A stretch of 64,000 bases of DNA from Alphaproteobacteria bacterium (lineage in GTDB: Bacteria > Pseudomonadota > Alphaproteobacteria > UBA828), in contig CAXXVO010000004.1 of the NCBI GenBank assembly GCA_963422645.2, positions 320,001 to 384,000 on the forward strand, read 5' to 3'. Positions within the stretch are counted from its first letter, which is position 1. The number at the start of each line of letters is the position of its first letter. Shown here in pieces: positions 17,876 through 27,247 of the stretch. The translations under genes were made by a program, and so were the position numbers. The notes below the pieces were generated by a model. The model made no database searches. It saw only the letters and a program-made list of their open reading frames with translations, and was not told the DNA's origin.

Positions 17876-18952
17876 CCATGCCCGGACCGTCAGGCAAAAC
17901 GCCCGATGCAGATCCGCACCTCCAACGTGCGATACTGGAAAATCACGTCCGGCACGATGTAAAGGTCGCCGCGGCGGCAACAACGGAATCCAAACCGCCT
18001 TTTCTATCAATGCGGTAGAAACGCCCGCCCACCTGCACAACGGAGAAGCATTATGAAGCCTTCATCTCCACCAGAACCGGGCGCGCTCCGAAGCGCGCCT
18101 CCCAGTCGCCGGGCAGCTGGCGCAGCGCCATCGACAGCGCTTTCGACGCCAGGTTGTCGACCCGGACCCAGGGAAAGATCAGGAAACGCGTGTGACCCAC
18201 GACCAGATCGAGGTGCTTGCGGAAGCCTTCCGCCGGCCACCCGATCCACTCGTCGCGGCAGGGCAGCGTGCGCGACGCCCGGGCAAACAGAAGGCAGCCC
18301 AGAGGCCGCCCGTGGCGGTCCAGGAGAAAATAGCGCAGATGCGCGCCGACCAGACGATGCAGCCCGAGATAGTGGTGGCGCGCGACGAACTCGTTCCACA
18401 GCCCGCCCTCCTCCTTGCCCGCCGCAATCGACAGGCGCAGCGGCATCAGCGCGGCCAGGTCCTCCGCGATCGCCGCGGCCGGCGCCGTCCGCTCGCTCCG
18501 GGCCATCGCCTCCTGCGGCCCCCGCACCTGCGCCTCGTCCCGCGCCGGCAGGGTCAGGATGCCCAGCCGCTCCAACTCCTCCAGCATCCGCAGGCAGACC
18601 GCGACACGGTTCCGCCCGCTCGGCGCGCGCCAGTTCAAATGCTCGCAGATCGTGTGCCCGAGCTCGTTGCGGCTGATCGCCGGAAACAGCGCCACCGTCT
18701 CCTGGATGTCGGCAATCTGCCGGCGGGTCAGACGTCTGCCGAAAAAGGTCGTCGACTTCAGCGCGGTGATGCGGGGGTCCATGGGCCGGCTCCACTGACA
18801 GGGGGACAGCCACAGTGTGCCAAAGCACACGCCGCCGGTCAATCCCCCTCGTGCGGGAAACGCCGAGACCGACAATCCACACAAGAAATCAACTCGTTAC
18901 GACACCACCAAAAAAACCCCGGAACAATCTTCGCGCCAAATGAATGCCATTG

Positions 18953-19271
18953 GGGCGCCGACGGCAGCCACTCGCCACGGATTAGCGTCGAGGCGGCGGC
19001 TGCGGTCGACCCCGACGCGATCGTGCTCATGCCCTGTGGCTACGACCTGCCGCGCACGGTAGAAGACGGCCGCGCGCTGCTGGCCGACCCCGCCTGGGGC
19101 GGCCTGCGCGCGACACAGGCCGGCGCGGTCTACGCCACCGACGGCAACGCCTACTTCAATCGGCCAGGGCCGCGGCTCGTCGAGTCCCTGGAAATTCTGG
19201 CCGAAATCCTCCACCCGGCGCACTTCGCCTTCGGACACGAGGGCACCGGGTGGGTTCGCCTGGACGTGTGA
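18953..19271 (+). pseudogene. 5'-truncated cobalamin-binding (BtuF-like) periplasmic binding protein
   Basis: DPDAIVLMPCGY..., VYATDGNAYFNRPGPRLVESLEILAEILHP; begins exactly at the IS4 end; N-terminal half absent from the other flank. Confidence 0.85.
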
Positions 19272-19277
19272 GGACCG

Positions 19278-20312
19278 ATGCAAGACCAGAAAATTCCCGC
19301 GACCGTGATCACCGGCTTCCTCGGTGCCGGCAAGACCAGCCTCATCCGCCACGCGCTGGGGGCCGCGAGCGGCCGGCGCATCGCGCTCATCATCAACGAG
19401 TTCGGCGATCTCGGGATCGATCAGGAGGTGCTGCAGGGTTGCGGCGACGAGTCCTGCGACGAGACCGATATCGTCGAGCTCGCCAACGGCTGCATCTGCT
19501 GCACCGTGGCCGACGACTTCGTGCCGGCGATCGAGGCGCTGCTCGCCCGCGAGCCCGCGCCCGAGCACATCCTGATCGAGACCTCGGGCCTCGCGCTGCC
19601 GAAGCCGCTCGTCGCCGCCTTCAATTGGCCCGAGATCCGCACCCGGCTCACCGTGGACGGCGTGGTCGCGGTGGTGGACGGCCCGGCGCTGGCGGAGGGC
19701 CGCTTCGCGGACGACGAAGACGCGCTGCAGGCCCACCGGGAGGCGGACGAGGCGCTGGATCATGAGTCGCCCTTAGCCGAGGTGTTCGAAGACCAGATCG
19801 GCTGCGCCGACATGGTGATCCTCAACAAGGCCGACCTGCTGGCCGCAAACGGCGCCGATGAGGGCGCGGCGCGCCTGACACCGCACCTCCGCCCCGGTGC
19901 CCGCGTGGTCAAGGCGGCCCACGGGCGCGTGCCGCCGGACCTGCTTCTCGGCCTCGATGCGGCAGCGGAAGCCGATCTCGCGAGCCGCCGCTCGCACCAC
20001 GACGACCTCGACGAGCCGCACGACCACGACGAGTTCGAGAGCTTCGTCATGGCGCCCGGCGTGATTGACGACCCGGCCGCCTTCGCCACCCGGCTCGGCG
20101 CCGCTGCGGACGCACATGGCCTGCTGCGCGCCAAGGGCTTCCTCGATGTCGCGGGGAAGCGCCGTCGCCTGGTGGTGCAGGCGGTCGGCACCCGCGTGGA
20201 CCGTCACTTCGACCGCGATTGGCGCGCGGGCGAGGTACGCGAGAGCCGTCTCGTCGTGATCGGCCTCGCGCCCCTGGATCGCGCGGCCGTCGAAGCGGCG
20301 ATCAGAGACTAG
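19278..20312 (+). CDS. cobW: Cobalamin biosynthesis GTPase CobW
   Basis: KIPATVITGFLGAGKT, INEFG, NGCICC, ETSGLALPKPL, His-rich patch; directly upstream of cobN. Confidence 0.95.
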   Translation: MQDQKIPATVITGFLGAGKTSLIRHALGAASGRRIALIINEFGDLGIDQEVLQGCGDESCDETDIVELANGCICCTVADDFVPAIEALLAREPAPEHILIETSGLALPKPLVAAFNWPEIRTRLTVDGVVAVVDGPALAEGRFADDEDALQAHREADEALDHESPLAEVFEDQIGCADMVILNKADLLAANGADEGAARLTPHLRPGARVVKAAHGRVPPDLLLGLDAAAEADLASRRSHHDDLDEPHDHDEFESFVMAPGVIDDPAAFATRLGAAADAHGLLRAKGFLDVAGKRRRLVVQAVGTRVDRHFDRDWRAGEVRESRLVVIGLAPLDRAAVEAAIRD

Positions 20313-20322
20313 GAGCTCAGTC

Positions 20323-23300
20323 TTGCACCTGCTTGCCGCGCAGCCCGGCGCCATCGAGGACGGCGCCGACGCGGTGGACCTCGGCCAGTCGCCGGGGGAC
20401 ATCGTGCTGCTCTCCGCCGCCGATACCGAGCTCGCCTGCTTCGCCCAGGCCCAGGCAAGGCTCGGCGCGGGCGCGCCCACGCTCCGCCTTGCGAACCTCA
20501 TGCAGCTCGGCCACAACCTCTCGGTCGACCGCTACGCCGACCACGTGATTGGCGGCGCCAGGCTGGTGATCGTGCGGCTCCTGGGCGGCGAGAGCTACTG
20601 GCCCTACGGCGTCGAGCGGCTGACCGAGGTCTGCACCGAGCGCGGCATTCCCGTCGCCTGGCTGCCGGGTGACGACAAGCCCGATGCCGGGCTCGCCGCG
20701 CGCGGCACCCTTGCGCCGGAGGCGGCCGAGATGCTCTGGCGCTACTGCACCCAGGGCGGCATCGACAATGCCGAGCACGCGCTGCGCTACGCTGCCGCGC
20801 TGATCGGGCACGACACGGCCTGGCGCCCGCCCCGTCCGGTGCCCCGCGCGGGCCTCTATTGGCCGGGCGACGGCGTACTCGCCCTTGAAGACCTGATGCA
20901 GCGCTGGCGCGACGGCGCGCCGAAGGCGTGCGTGGTCTTCTACCGGGCGCTGCTCCAAGCCGGCTCGCTCGCGCCAGTCGATGCGCTGGTGGCGGGGCTG
21001 CGCGAGGCGGGGCTCGACCCGCTGCCGATTTTCGTCACCAGCCTGCGCGATGCCCCGGCGGCGGAGCTGATCGGCACACTCATGCGCACGACGGAGCCCG
21101 CGATCGTGCTCAACGCGACGGGCTTCGCCGTCTCCCGCCCCGGCGCGCCCAAGGAAACCCCCTTCGCTCAAGCCGGCGTGCCCGTACTGCAAGCCATCTT
21201 CGCGGGCGCCACCGAGCGGCAATGGGCTGAGGCCACGCGCGGCCTCTCGCCCCGCGACATCGCCATGAACGTGGCGCTGCCCGAGGTGGACGGACGCATC
21301 CTCACCCGTGCGGTCGCGTTCAAGACCGAGGCCCGCTTCGACCAGGCCACGCAAGCGCCCATCGTGGTGTCGGAGGCGAACCAGGATCGCTGCCGCTTCG
21401 TCGCAGCCCTCGCCGCTGCCTGGGTGCGCCTCGCGCGCGCCGCGCCGGCGAAGCGCCGCGTCGCCCTGATCCTTGCCAACTATCCCAACCGCGACGGGCG
21501 CATCGGCAACGGCGTCGGTCTCGACACGCCAGCGAGCACGGTCCGCATCATGGACGCCCTCGCCGAGGCCGGCTACAGGGTGGAGCGCCCGCCGGCGGAC
21601 GGCGCCGCGTTGATGGCGCGTCTCACGGCAGGCCCTACCAACGCCGCCGACGCTGCGGAGCGTCCGGCCGAGACCACGCTCCCTCTCGCCGATTACGCGC
21701 GCTTCTTCACCGCGCTGCCCGAGCCTGTGCAGGCAACGGTCACCGAGCGCTGGGGCCAGCCCGAGGCAGACCCCTTCTTCCGTACGGCCGAGGGGTGCTT
21801 CGCTCTGCCTGCCGTGCGTTTCGGCAACGTGGTCGTCGCGATCCAGCCGGCACGGGGCTACAACATCGACCCGGAGAAGAGCTACCACGACCCCGGCCTG
21901 CCGCCGCCCCACGGCTATCTCGCCTTCTACGCTTGGCTGCGCACCGCCTTCGACGCCCATGCGGTGGTGCACGTGGGCAAGCACGGCAACGTGGAATGGC
22001 TGCCGGGCAAGGCGCTTGCGCTCTCCGCCGAGTGCTTTCCGGAAGCCGCGCTCGGCCCGCTCCCGCACGTCTATCCCTTCATCGTGAACGACCCCGGCGA
22101 GGGCAGTCAGGCCAAGCGGCGGGGCGCGGCCGTGATCGTCGACCATCTGACTCCGCCGCTCACCCGTGCCGGCAGCCACGGCGCGCTGGAGGAGCTGGAG
22201 CGGCTGGTTGACGAATTCTTCGACGCCGCCTCGGTCGATCCGCGCCGGTGTGCGCCCTTGAGCACGCGCATCCTGGAGCTTGCCGCGTCTGCCGGGCTCG
22301 ACCAGGATTGCGGCATCCGGGCTGCCGACGGCAGCGACGAGGCGCTCCGCAAGCTCGACGGCTATCTCTGCGAAATCAAGGAGATGCAGATCCGCGACGG
22401 CCTCCATGTCTTCGGCGAAGCGCCGGCGCCGGAGCGCCGCATCGAGCTCCTGCGTGCGATCGCGCGGAGCGTGCGCGGGCCCGGCGCAAGTGAGGCTTCC
22501 CTCTTGCGCGCGCTCGCCGACGATCTTGCCCTCGGCATCGACCCCCTCTCGGCTCCGCTCGGCGACCCGTGGCGTGGCCCGCGCCCCGAGGCCCTCGCCA
22601 ACGGCGCGTCCTGGCGCAGCACGGGAGACACGGTCGAGCGGCTGGAGACTCTGGCCGCCAGCCTGATCGCCGGCGCCTTTCGCCTGCCCGAGGAATGGGC
22701 TACCAGCGCCGCCGTGCTGCGCGAGGTTGAGGACACCATCGGGCCTGCGCTGGATGCGAGCGCGGAGGCGGAGACCGCAGGCCTGCTCACCGCGCTCGAC
22801 GGCCGCTTCGTGGCACCGGGCGCCGCCGGTGCGCCGACGCGCGGGCGGCCGGATGTGCTGCCCACGGGCCGGAACTTCTATTCGGTGGATACGCGCCAGG
22901 TGCCGACCGCCGCGGCCTGGCAACTCGGCTGGAAATCGGCGCAGCTTCTGGTGGAGCATTACGCCCAGACTCACGGCGACTGGCCGCGGGCGATGGCGCT
23001 CAGCGCCTGGGGCACGTCCAACATGCGCACGGGCGGGGACGATATCGCCCAGGCTTTGGCGCTCATCGGCGCGCGCCCGCGCTGGGAGGGGCCATCCGGC
23101 CGCGTCACCGGCTTCGAGATCATGCCGCTCGGCCTGCTGGATCGGCCCCGGGTGGACGTGACGCTCCGGGTCTCGGGCTTCTTCCGCGACGCCTTCCCCG
23201 GCCTGATCGACCTCTTCGATTCCGCCGTGCGCGCCGTCGCGGCCCTCGACGAGGGGCCGGAGGACAACCCGCTCGCCGCCAAGGTCGCCGCCGATGCCGC

Positions 23301-24063
23301 GACGCTCGCGCAGGAGGGCGCGCCGGAGGCACGGGCCCGGCGCCTGGCCTCCTACCGGGTCTTCGGCTCCAAGCCCGGTGCCTACGGCGCGGGCCTCCAG
23401 GCGCTGATCGACGAGCGCGGCTGGCAGGACGCGAGCGATTTCGCCCAGGCCTACGTCGCCTGGGGCGGCTGGGCCTACGGCGCGGGCGAAGGCGGCGCGG
23501 CCGAGCACAAGCTCTTCGAGCGCAGGCTCGGCGCGGTCGAGGCGGTAGTGCAGAACCAGGACAACCGCGAGCACGACCTCCTGGACAGCGACGACTACTA
23601 CCAGTTCGAGGGCGGCTTGGCCGCGGCGGTGACGGTCCATGCCGGCCGCGCGCCCGCGCTTTACCACAACGACCATTCGGTGCCCGACAATCCTCGCATC
23701 CGCACGCTTGCCGACGAGCTCGGCCGCGTGGTCCACGCGCGCGTGACCAACCCCAAGTGGATCCAGGGCGTCATGCGCCACGGCTACAAGGGCGCCTTCG
23801 AGATCGCGGCGACGGTGGACTACCTCTTCGCCTTCGCCGCCACCACCGGTGCGGTGAAGGACCACCATTTCGACGCGGTGTTCGACGCCTACGTAGCCGA
23901 CGACGATGTGCGGGGGTTCATGGAGGACGCGAACCCGGCGGCGCTGCGCGAGCTTGCCGAGCGACTGCTGGAGGCACAGGAGCGGAGCCTCTGGCGGCCT
24001 CGCGCGAACCACGCGCATGCGCTGCTCGCGGCGCTCCGCGACGGCAGGCAGGAGGTGCTTTGA
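20323..24063 (+). CDS. cobN: Cobaltochelatase subunit CobN
   Basis: 1,246 aa; MHLLAAQPG start (TTG), HVGKHGNVEWLPGK, DVLPTGRNFY, REHDLLDSDDYYQFEGG. Confidence 0.97.
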   Translation: MHLLAAQPGAIEDGADAVDLGQSPGDIVLLSAADTELACFAQAQARLGAGAPTLRLANLMQLGHNLSVDRYADHVIGGARLVIVRLLGGESYWPYGVERLTEVCTERGIPVAWLPGDDKPDAGLAARGTLAPEAAEMLWRYCTQGGIDNAEHALRYAAALIGHDTAWRPPRPVPRAGLYWPGDGVLALEDLMQRWRDGAPKACVVFYRALLQAGSLAPVDALVAGLREAGLDPLPIFVTSLRDAPAAELIGTLMRTTEPAIVLNATGFAVSRPGAPKETPFAQAGVPVLQAIFAGATERQWAEATRGLSPRDIAMNVALPEVDGRILTRAVAFKTEARFDQATQAPIVVSEANQDRCRFVAALAAAWVRLARAAPAKRRVALILANYPNRDGRIGNGVGLDTPASTVRIMDALAEAGYRVERPPADGAALMARLTAGPTNAADAAERPAETTLPLADYARFFTALPEPVQATVTERWGQPEADPFFRTAEGCFALPAVRFGNVVVAIQPARGYNIDPEKSYHDPGLPPPHGYLAFYAWLRTAFDAHAVVHVGKHGNVEWLPGKALALSAECFPEAALGPLPHVYPFIVNDPGEGSQAKRRGAAVIVDHLTPPLTRAGSHGALEELERLVDEFFDAASVDPRRCAPLSTRILELAASAGLDQDCGIRAADGSDEALRKLDGYLCEIKEMQIRDGLHVFGEAPAPERRIELLRAIARSVRGPGASEASLLRALADDLALGIDPLSAPLGDPWRGPRPEALANGASWRSTGDTVERLETLAASLIAGAFRLPEEWATSAAVLREVEDTIGPALDASAEAETAGLLTALDGRFVAPGAAGAPTRGRPDVLPTGRNFYSVDTRQVPTAAAWQLGWKSAQLLVEHYAQTHGDWPRAMALSAWGTSNMRTGGDDIAQALALIGARPRWEGPSGRVTGFEIMPLGLLDRPRVDVTLRVSGFFRDAFPGLIDLFDSAVRAVAALDEGPEDNPLAAKVAADAATLAQEGAPEARARRLASYRVFGSKPGAYGAGLQALIDERGWQDASDFAQAYVAWGGWAYGAGEGGAAEHKLFERRLGAVEAVVQNQDNREHDLLDSDDYYQFEGGLAAAVTVHAGRAPALYHNDHSVPDNPRIRTLADELGRVVHARVTNPKWIQGVMRHGYKGAFEIAATVDYLFAFAATTGAVKDHHFDAVFDAYVADDDVRGFMEDANPAALRELAERLLEAQERSLWRPRANHAHALLAALRDGRQEVL

Positions 24064-24686
24064 TGCCACGCGAGACCCAGACCGAGGCCGAGCTGGACCA
24101 ACGCCATGCCGAGAAGATGCGCAAGCGCAAGGCGGCGCGCGAGCGCATGCTGGCCACCAAGACCATCGAGAAGGGCCTGCTGATCGTCCACACCGGCAAG
24201 GGCAAGGGCAAGTCGACCGCCGCCTTCGGCCTCGCCGCACGCGCCATCGGCAACGGCATGAAGGTGGGCGTGGTGCAGTTCGTGAAGGGCAAGTGGGCGA
24301 CCGGCGAGCGCGTGGTGCTGGAGCGCTTCCCCGACCTCGTCACGGTTCGCGTGATGGGCGAGGGTTTCACCTGGGATACGCAGGACCGCCAGCGCGACAT
24401 CGCCGCCGCCAAGAGGGCGTGGGAGTCGGCCAAGGAGTTCCTCGCGGACCCCTCCTATCGCCTCGTGGTGCTCGACGAGCTCAACATCGTGCTGCGCTAT
24501 GACTATCTGGACCTCGACGAGGTGCTCGCCGGGCTCGCCGCGCGCGATCAGGGCCAGCACGTCGTGGTCACCGGCCGCAACGCCAAGCCCGCGCTGATCG
24601 AGCTGGCCGATCTCGTGACCGAGATGACACAGATCAAGCATCCCTTCCGCGCCGGCGTGAAGGCGCAGGTGGGCATCGAATTTTGA
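24063..24686 (+). CDS. cobO: Cob(I)yrinic acid a,c-diamide adenosyltransferase
   Basis: [47 protein letters not shown]. Confidence 0.96.
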   Translation: MPRETQTEAELDQRHAEKMRKRKAARERMLATKTIEKGLLIVHTGKGKGKSTAAFGLAARAIGNGMKVGVVQFVKGKWATGERVVLERFPDLVTVRVMGEGFTWDTQDRQRDIAAAKRAWESAKEFLADPSYRLVVLDELNIVLRYDYLDLDEVLAGLAARDQGQHVVVTGRNAKPALIELADLVTEMTQIKHPFRAGVKAQVGIEF

Positions 24687-26185
24687 TGACAGACGCTACC
24701 CGCAGGCCTCCGGCCCTGATGTTTCAGGGCACGGGCTCCAACGTCGGCAAGTCCCTGCTGGTCGCGGGCCTCTGCCGGGCTTACGCAGCGCACGGGCTCC
24801 AGGTGCGTCCCTTCAAGCCGCAGAACATGTCCAACAACGCCGCGGTCGCAGGCGACGGGCGCGAAATCGGCCGCGCCCAGGCGCTCCAGGCCCGCGCCGC
24901 CGGCATCGAGCCCTCGGTTGACATGAACCCGGTGCTGCTCAAGCCCGAAAGTGAGCACGGCGCCCAGGTGGTGGTGCAGGGCAGCGTCACCGGCACTGCC
25001 GACGCGCGGGGCTACCACGCGCTCAAGGCCGAGCTCATGCCGCGCGTACTGGAGAGCTTCGAGCGGCTCGGGCAGGACGCCGACCTGATCCTGGTGGAAG
25101 GCGCGGGCAGCCCGGCCGAGGTCAACCTGCGGGAAAACGACATCGCCAACATGGGCTTCGCCCTGGCCGCCGGCATGCCCGTGGCGCTGGTGGGCGATGT
25201 GGATCGGGGCGGCGTGATCGCGAGCCTGGTCGGCACGGCGGCATTGCTGCCGGCGGCGGAACGCGCACTCACCAAGGGCTTCATCATCAACAAGTTCCGG
25301 GGCGATGCCACGCTCTTCGACGATGCGAACGCGATCATCGAAGAGAAGACCGGATGGGCCGCACTCGGCCTCGTGCCCTGGTTCGAGGGCGCAAGGCTGC
25401 TCCCCGCCGAGGACAGCGTGGGCCTGGACTCCACACCGGCGGTACCGGCGGCGACGGCTCCGCGCGGCCGCGCGATCAAGATCGCCGTCCCCCGCCTGCC
25501 GCGCATCTCCAACACCGACGACCTCGATCCCCTTCGCGCCGAGCCCGATGCCATGCTCGACATCGTGCCGCCGGGCCGTGCGCTGCCGGGGGATGCCGAC
25601 CTCGTGCTGCTGCCGGGGAGCAAGGCCACCCGCAGCGACCTCGCGGCGCTGCACGCCGAGGGCTGGGCGCTCGACATCCAGGCGCACGTGCGGCGCGGCG
25701 GCTGGGTGGTGGGCCTCTGCGGCGGCTACCAGATGCTGGGCCAGCGCGTCGCCGATCCCGCCGGCGTCGAGGGGCCGCCGGGGGAGACCCCGGGTCTCGG
25801 CCTGCTCGATGTCGAGACGGTGATGAGCGCGGGCAAGCGCCTGGTCCGCACGTCGGGGCACGCGAGTGAGGGCGGCGAGGCAGTCGCGGGCTACGAAATG
25901 CACATGGGCCGCACCAGGGGACCCGACACCGCGCGTCCGCTAGTCACACTGGAAAGCGGCCCTGACGGTGCGCGGGCGGCGAACGGCCGGGTCATGGGCT
26001 GCTACCTGCACGGGCTCTTCGCCGCCGACGGCTTCCGCCGCGCCTTCCTCGGCCGGCTGCGGCGGCGGGAGACGACCGGCATCGCCTACGACGCCCTGGT
26101 GGAAGAGACGCTCGACGCCCTCGGCGCCCATCTGGAGGCCCATCTCGACCTCGACCGCCTGCTGGAGGTGGCCCGTGCGCGCTGA
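24686..26185 (+). CDS. cobQ: Cobyric acid synthase
   Basis: [49 protein letters not shown]. Confidence 0.97.
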   Translation: MTDATRRPPALMFQGTGSNVGKSLLVAGLCRAYAAHGLQVRPFKPQNMSNNAAVAGDGREIGRAQALQARAAGIEPSVDMNPVLLKPESEHGAQVVVQGSVTGTADARGYHALKAELMPRVLESFERLGQDADLILVEGAGSPAEVNLRENDIANMGFALAAGMPVALVGDVDRGGVIASLVGTAALLPAAERALTKGFIINKFRGDATLFDDANAIIEEKTGWAALGLVPWFEGARLLPAEDSVGLDSTPAVPAATAPRGRAIKIAVPRLPRISNTDDLDPLRAEPDAMLDIVPPGRALPGDADLVLLPGSKATRSDLAALHAEGWALDIQAHVRRGGWVVGLCGGYQMLGQRVADPAGVEGPPGETPGLGLLDVETVMSAGKRLVRTSGHASEGGEAVAGYEMHMGRTRGPDTARPLVTLESGPDGARAANGRVMGCYLHGLFAADGFRRAFLGRLRRRETTGIAYDALVEETLDALGAHLEAHLDLDRLLEVARAR

Positions 26186-26192
26186 GCCTCGG

Positions 26193-27191
26193 CTACGTCG
26201 TGCCGAGCACCATACCCGCGGCGATGGCGGCGGTAAGCACCGCCACCAGCGCGCAGGCCGCCGCGAAAACCCACACCGTGCGCCTGAGATCGCCCGCCGT
26301 TGCGTCCCGGCGCCCGTCGCCGAGCCAGGCTTCGTCCGCCGCTGCCTCGCCCTCGTAATTGCGCGGCCCCAGCAGCGCGAGGCCCAGTGCGCCTGCCATC
26401 GCGGCCTCGGGCCAGCCGGCGTTGGGCGAGCTGTGCCGGGGGGCGTCGCGCAGCATGGTGCGCCACGCCGTGCCCGGCGCGGCGCCGGGCACGGCGAGTG
26501 CCGCCAGCGCGACCAGCCCGCCCGCAATCCGCGCCGGCACCCAGTTCACCGCATCGTCGATGCGCGCCGCCGCGCGGCCGAAGGCATGGTGCCGGGGCGA
26601 GCGGTGGCCGATCATGCTGTCCATGGTGTTGATCGCCTTGTAGGCGAAGAGCCCCGGCAGGCCGAGCAGCAGGTACCAGAAGGCCGGCGCCACCACGCCG
26701 TCGGAATAGTTCTCGGCGCCGCTCTCGATCGCCGCGCGCGCGATGCCGTGCTCGTCAAGGGCGCGGAGGTCGCGGCCCACGATGTGCCGCACCGCCTCCC
26801 GCGCCGGTTCCGCGCCGCGATCCAGCGCCCGCGCCACCCGCATCAGGTGATCGGCCATGTCGCGCTGGGCGAGCAGCATCGCGACCAGCGCGAGCTCGGC
26901 GAGCCAGCCCCAGCCGAGGGCGGCCGCAGAATAGGCGACCGCCCAGCCGGCGGCGGCGCTCGCACCCACCACCAGCAGCACCGCGACCCCTCCGAGGAAC
27001 GCCCGGGCGCTCTCGCCGTGCCCCTCCCAATTGAGGGCACGGTCGAGGAGGCCGGTGAGCCAGCCCATCAGGCGGACCGGGTGCGGCAGCCAGCGCGGGT
27101 CGCCGATCAGCGCGTCGAGCGCGAGCGCGAGCAGCAGGATGAAGGGCGCCGCCGGGCCGATCGGCCAGTCGGGCGCGGCGAAGAGGAGCAT
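26193..27191 (-). CDS. cobD: Adenosylcobinamide-phosphate synthase CobD/CbiB
   Basis: GDP.WLPHPV, AAIESGAENYSDGVVAP, YKAINTMDSMIG, HSSPNAGWPEAAMAGAL. Confidence 0.95.
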   Translation of the reverse strand: MLLFAAPDWPIGPAAPFILLLALALDALIGDPRWLPHPVRLMGWLTGLLDRALNWEGHGESARAFLGGVAVLLVVGASAAAGWAVAYSAAALGWGWLAELALVAMLLAQRDMADHLMRVARALDRGAEPAREAVRHIVGRDLRALDEHGIARAAIESGAENYSDGVVAPAFWYLLLGLPGLFAYKAINTMDSMIGHRSPRHHAFGRAAARIDDAVNWVPARIAGGLVALAALAVPGAAPGTAWRTMLRDAPRHSSPNAGWPEAAMAGALGLALLGPRNYEGEAAADEAWLGDGRRDATAGDLRRTVWVFAAACALVAVLTAAIAAGMVLGTT

Positions 27192-27247
27192 CGGTCCACA
27201 ATGAAAAGCCTACGCATTGCGGTCAATGGACGGAAGGGAGGCAAGCA

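Larger units (their letters stand above)
15247..18071 (+). mobile_element. Minimal integrative element (2,825 bp) encoding a large serine recombinase
   Basis: Bounded by a 7-bp direct repeat TCTCCAC (15240-15246 and 18065-18071); no TIRs; precise excision restores the IS4 gene; codon usage differs from flanking genes. Confidence 0.92.
13744..18782 (-). pseudogene. DUF4338 (DruA-like) domain plus IS4 DDE transposase, split into 18782-18065 and 15246-13744
   Basis: Rejoining at TCTCCAC restores ...RPVLVE|TFVDP...GACYRAANW (2,214 nt, in frame). HHYLG, RDEWIGW, RFLIFPWV..NLAS mark DUF4338; AVDGS, VYDRGY, YHARWGIEELYK mark the IS4 DDE/YREK motifs. Confidence 0.9.
13654..18952 (-). mobile_element. 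IS4-family element (DUF4338-fused transposase) interrupted by an LSR element
   Basis: TIRs CAATGGCATTCA(C/T)TT(A/G)GCG at 13654 and, inverted, ending at 18952; no matching TSD in the flanks. Confidence 0.88.

Noticed and set aside
18051-18884. DUF4338 ORF as a Druantia anti-phage system
   Set aside because: It is the 5' half of the IS4 transposase gene inside the TIRs, and no other Dru genes are present.
18192-19271. 359-aa ORF as an intact cobalamin-binding protein
   Set aside because: Only the part after 18952 is BtuF-like; the rest is antisense IS4 sequence.
20317-24240. 1,307-aa minus-strand ORF and many similar long antisense or alternate-frame ORFs (e.g. 39838-42321, 44952-47141, 7214-8878)
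   Set aside because: Shadow ORFs of real high-GC genes; Arg/Gly/Ala-rich with no recognisable motifs.
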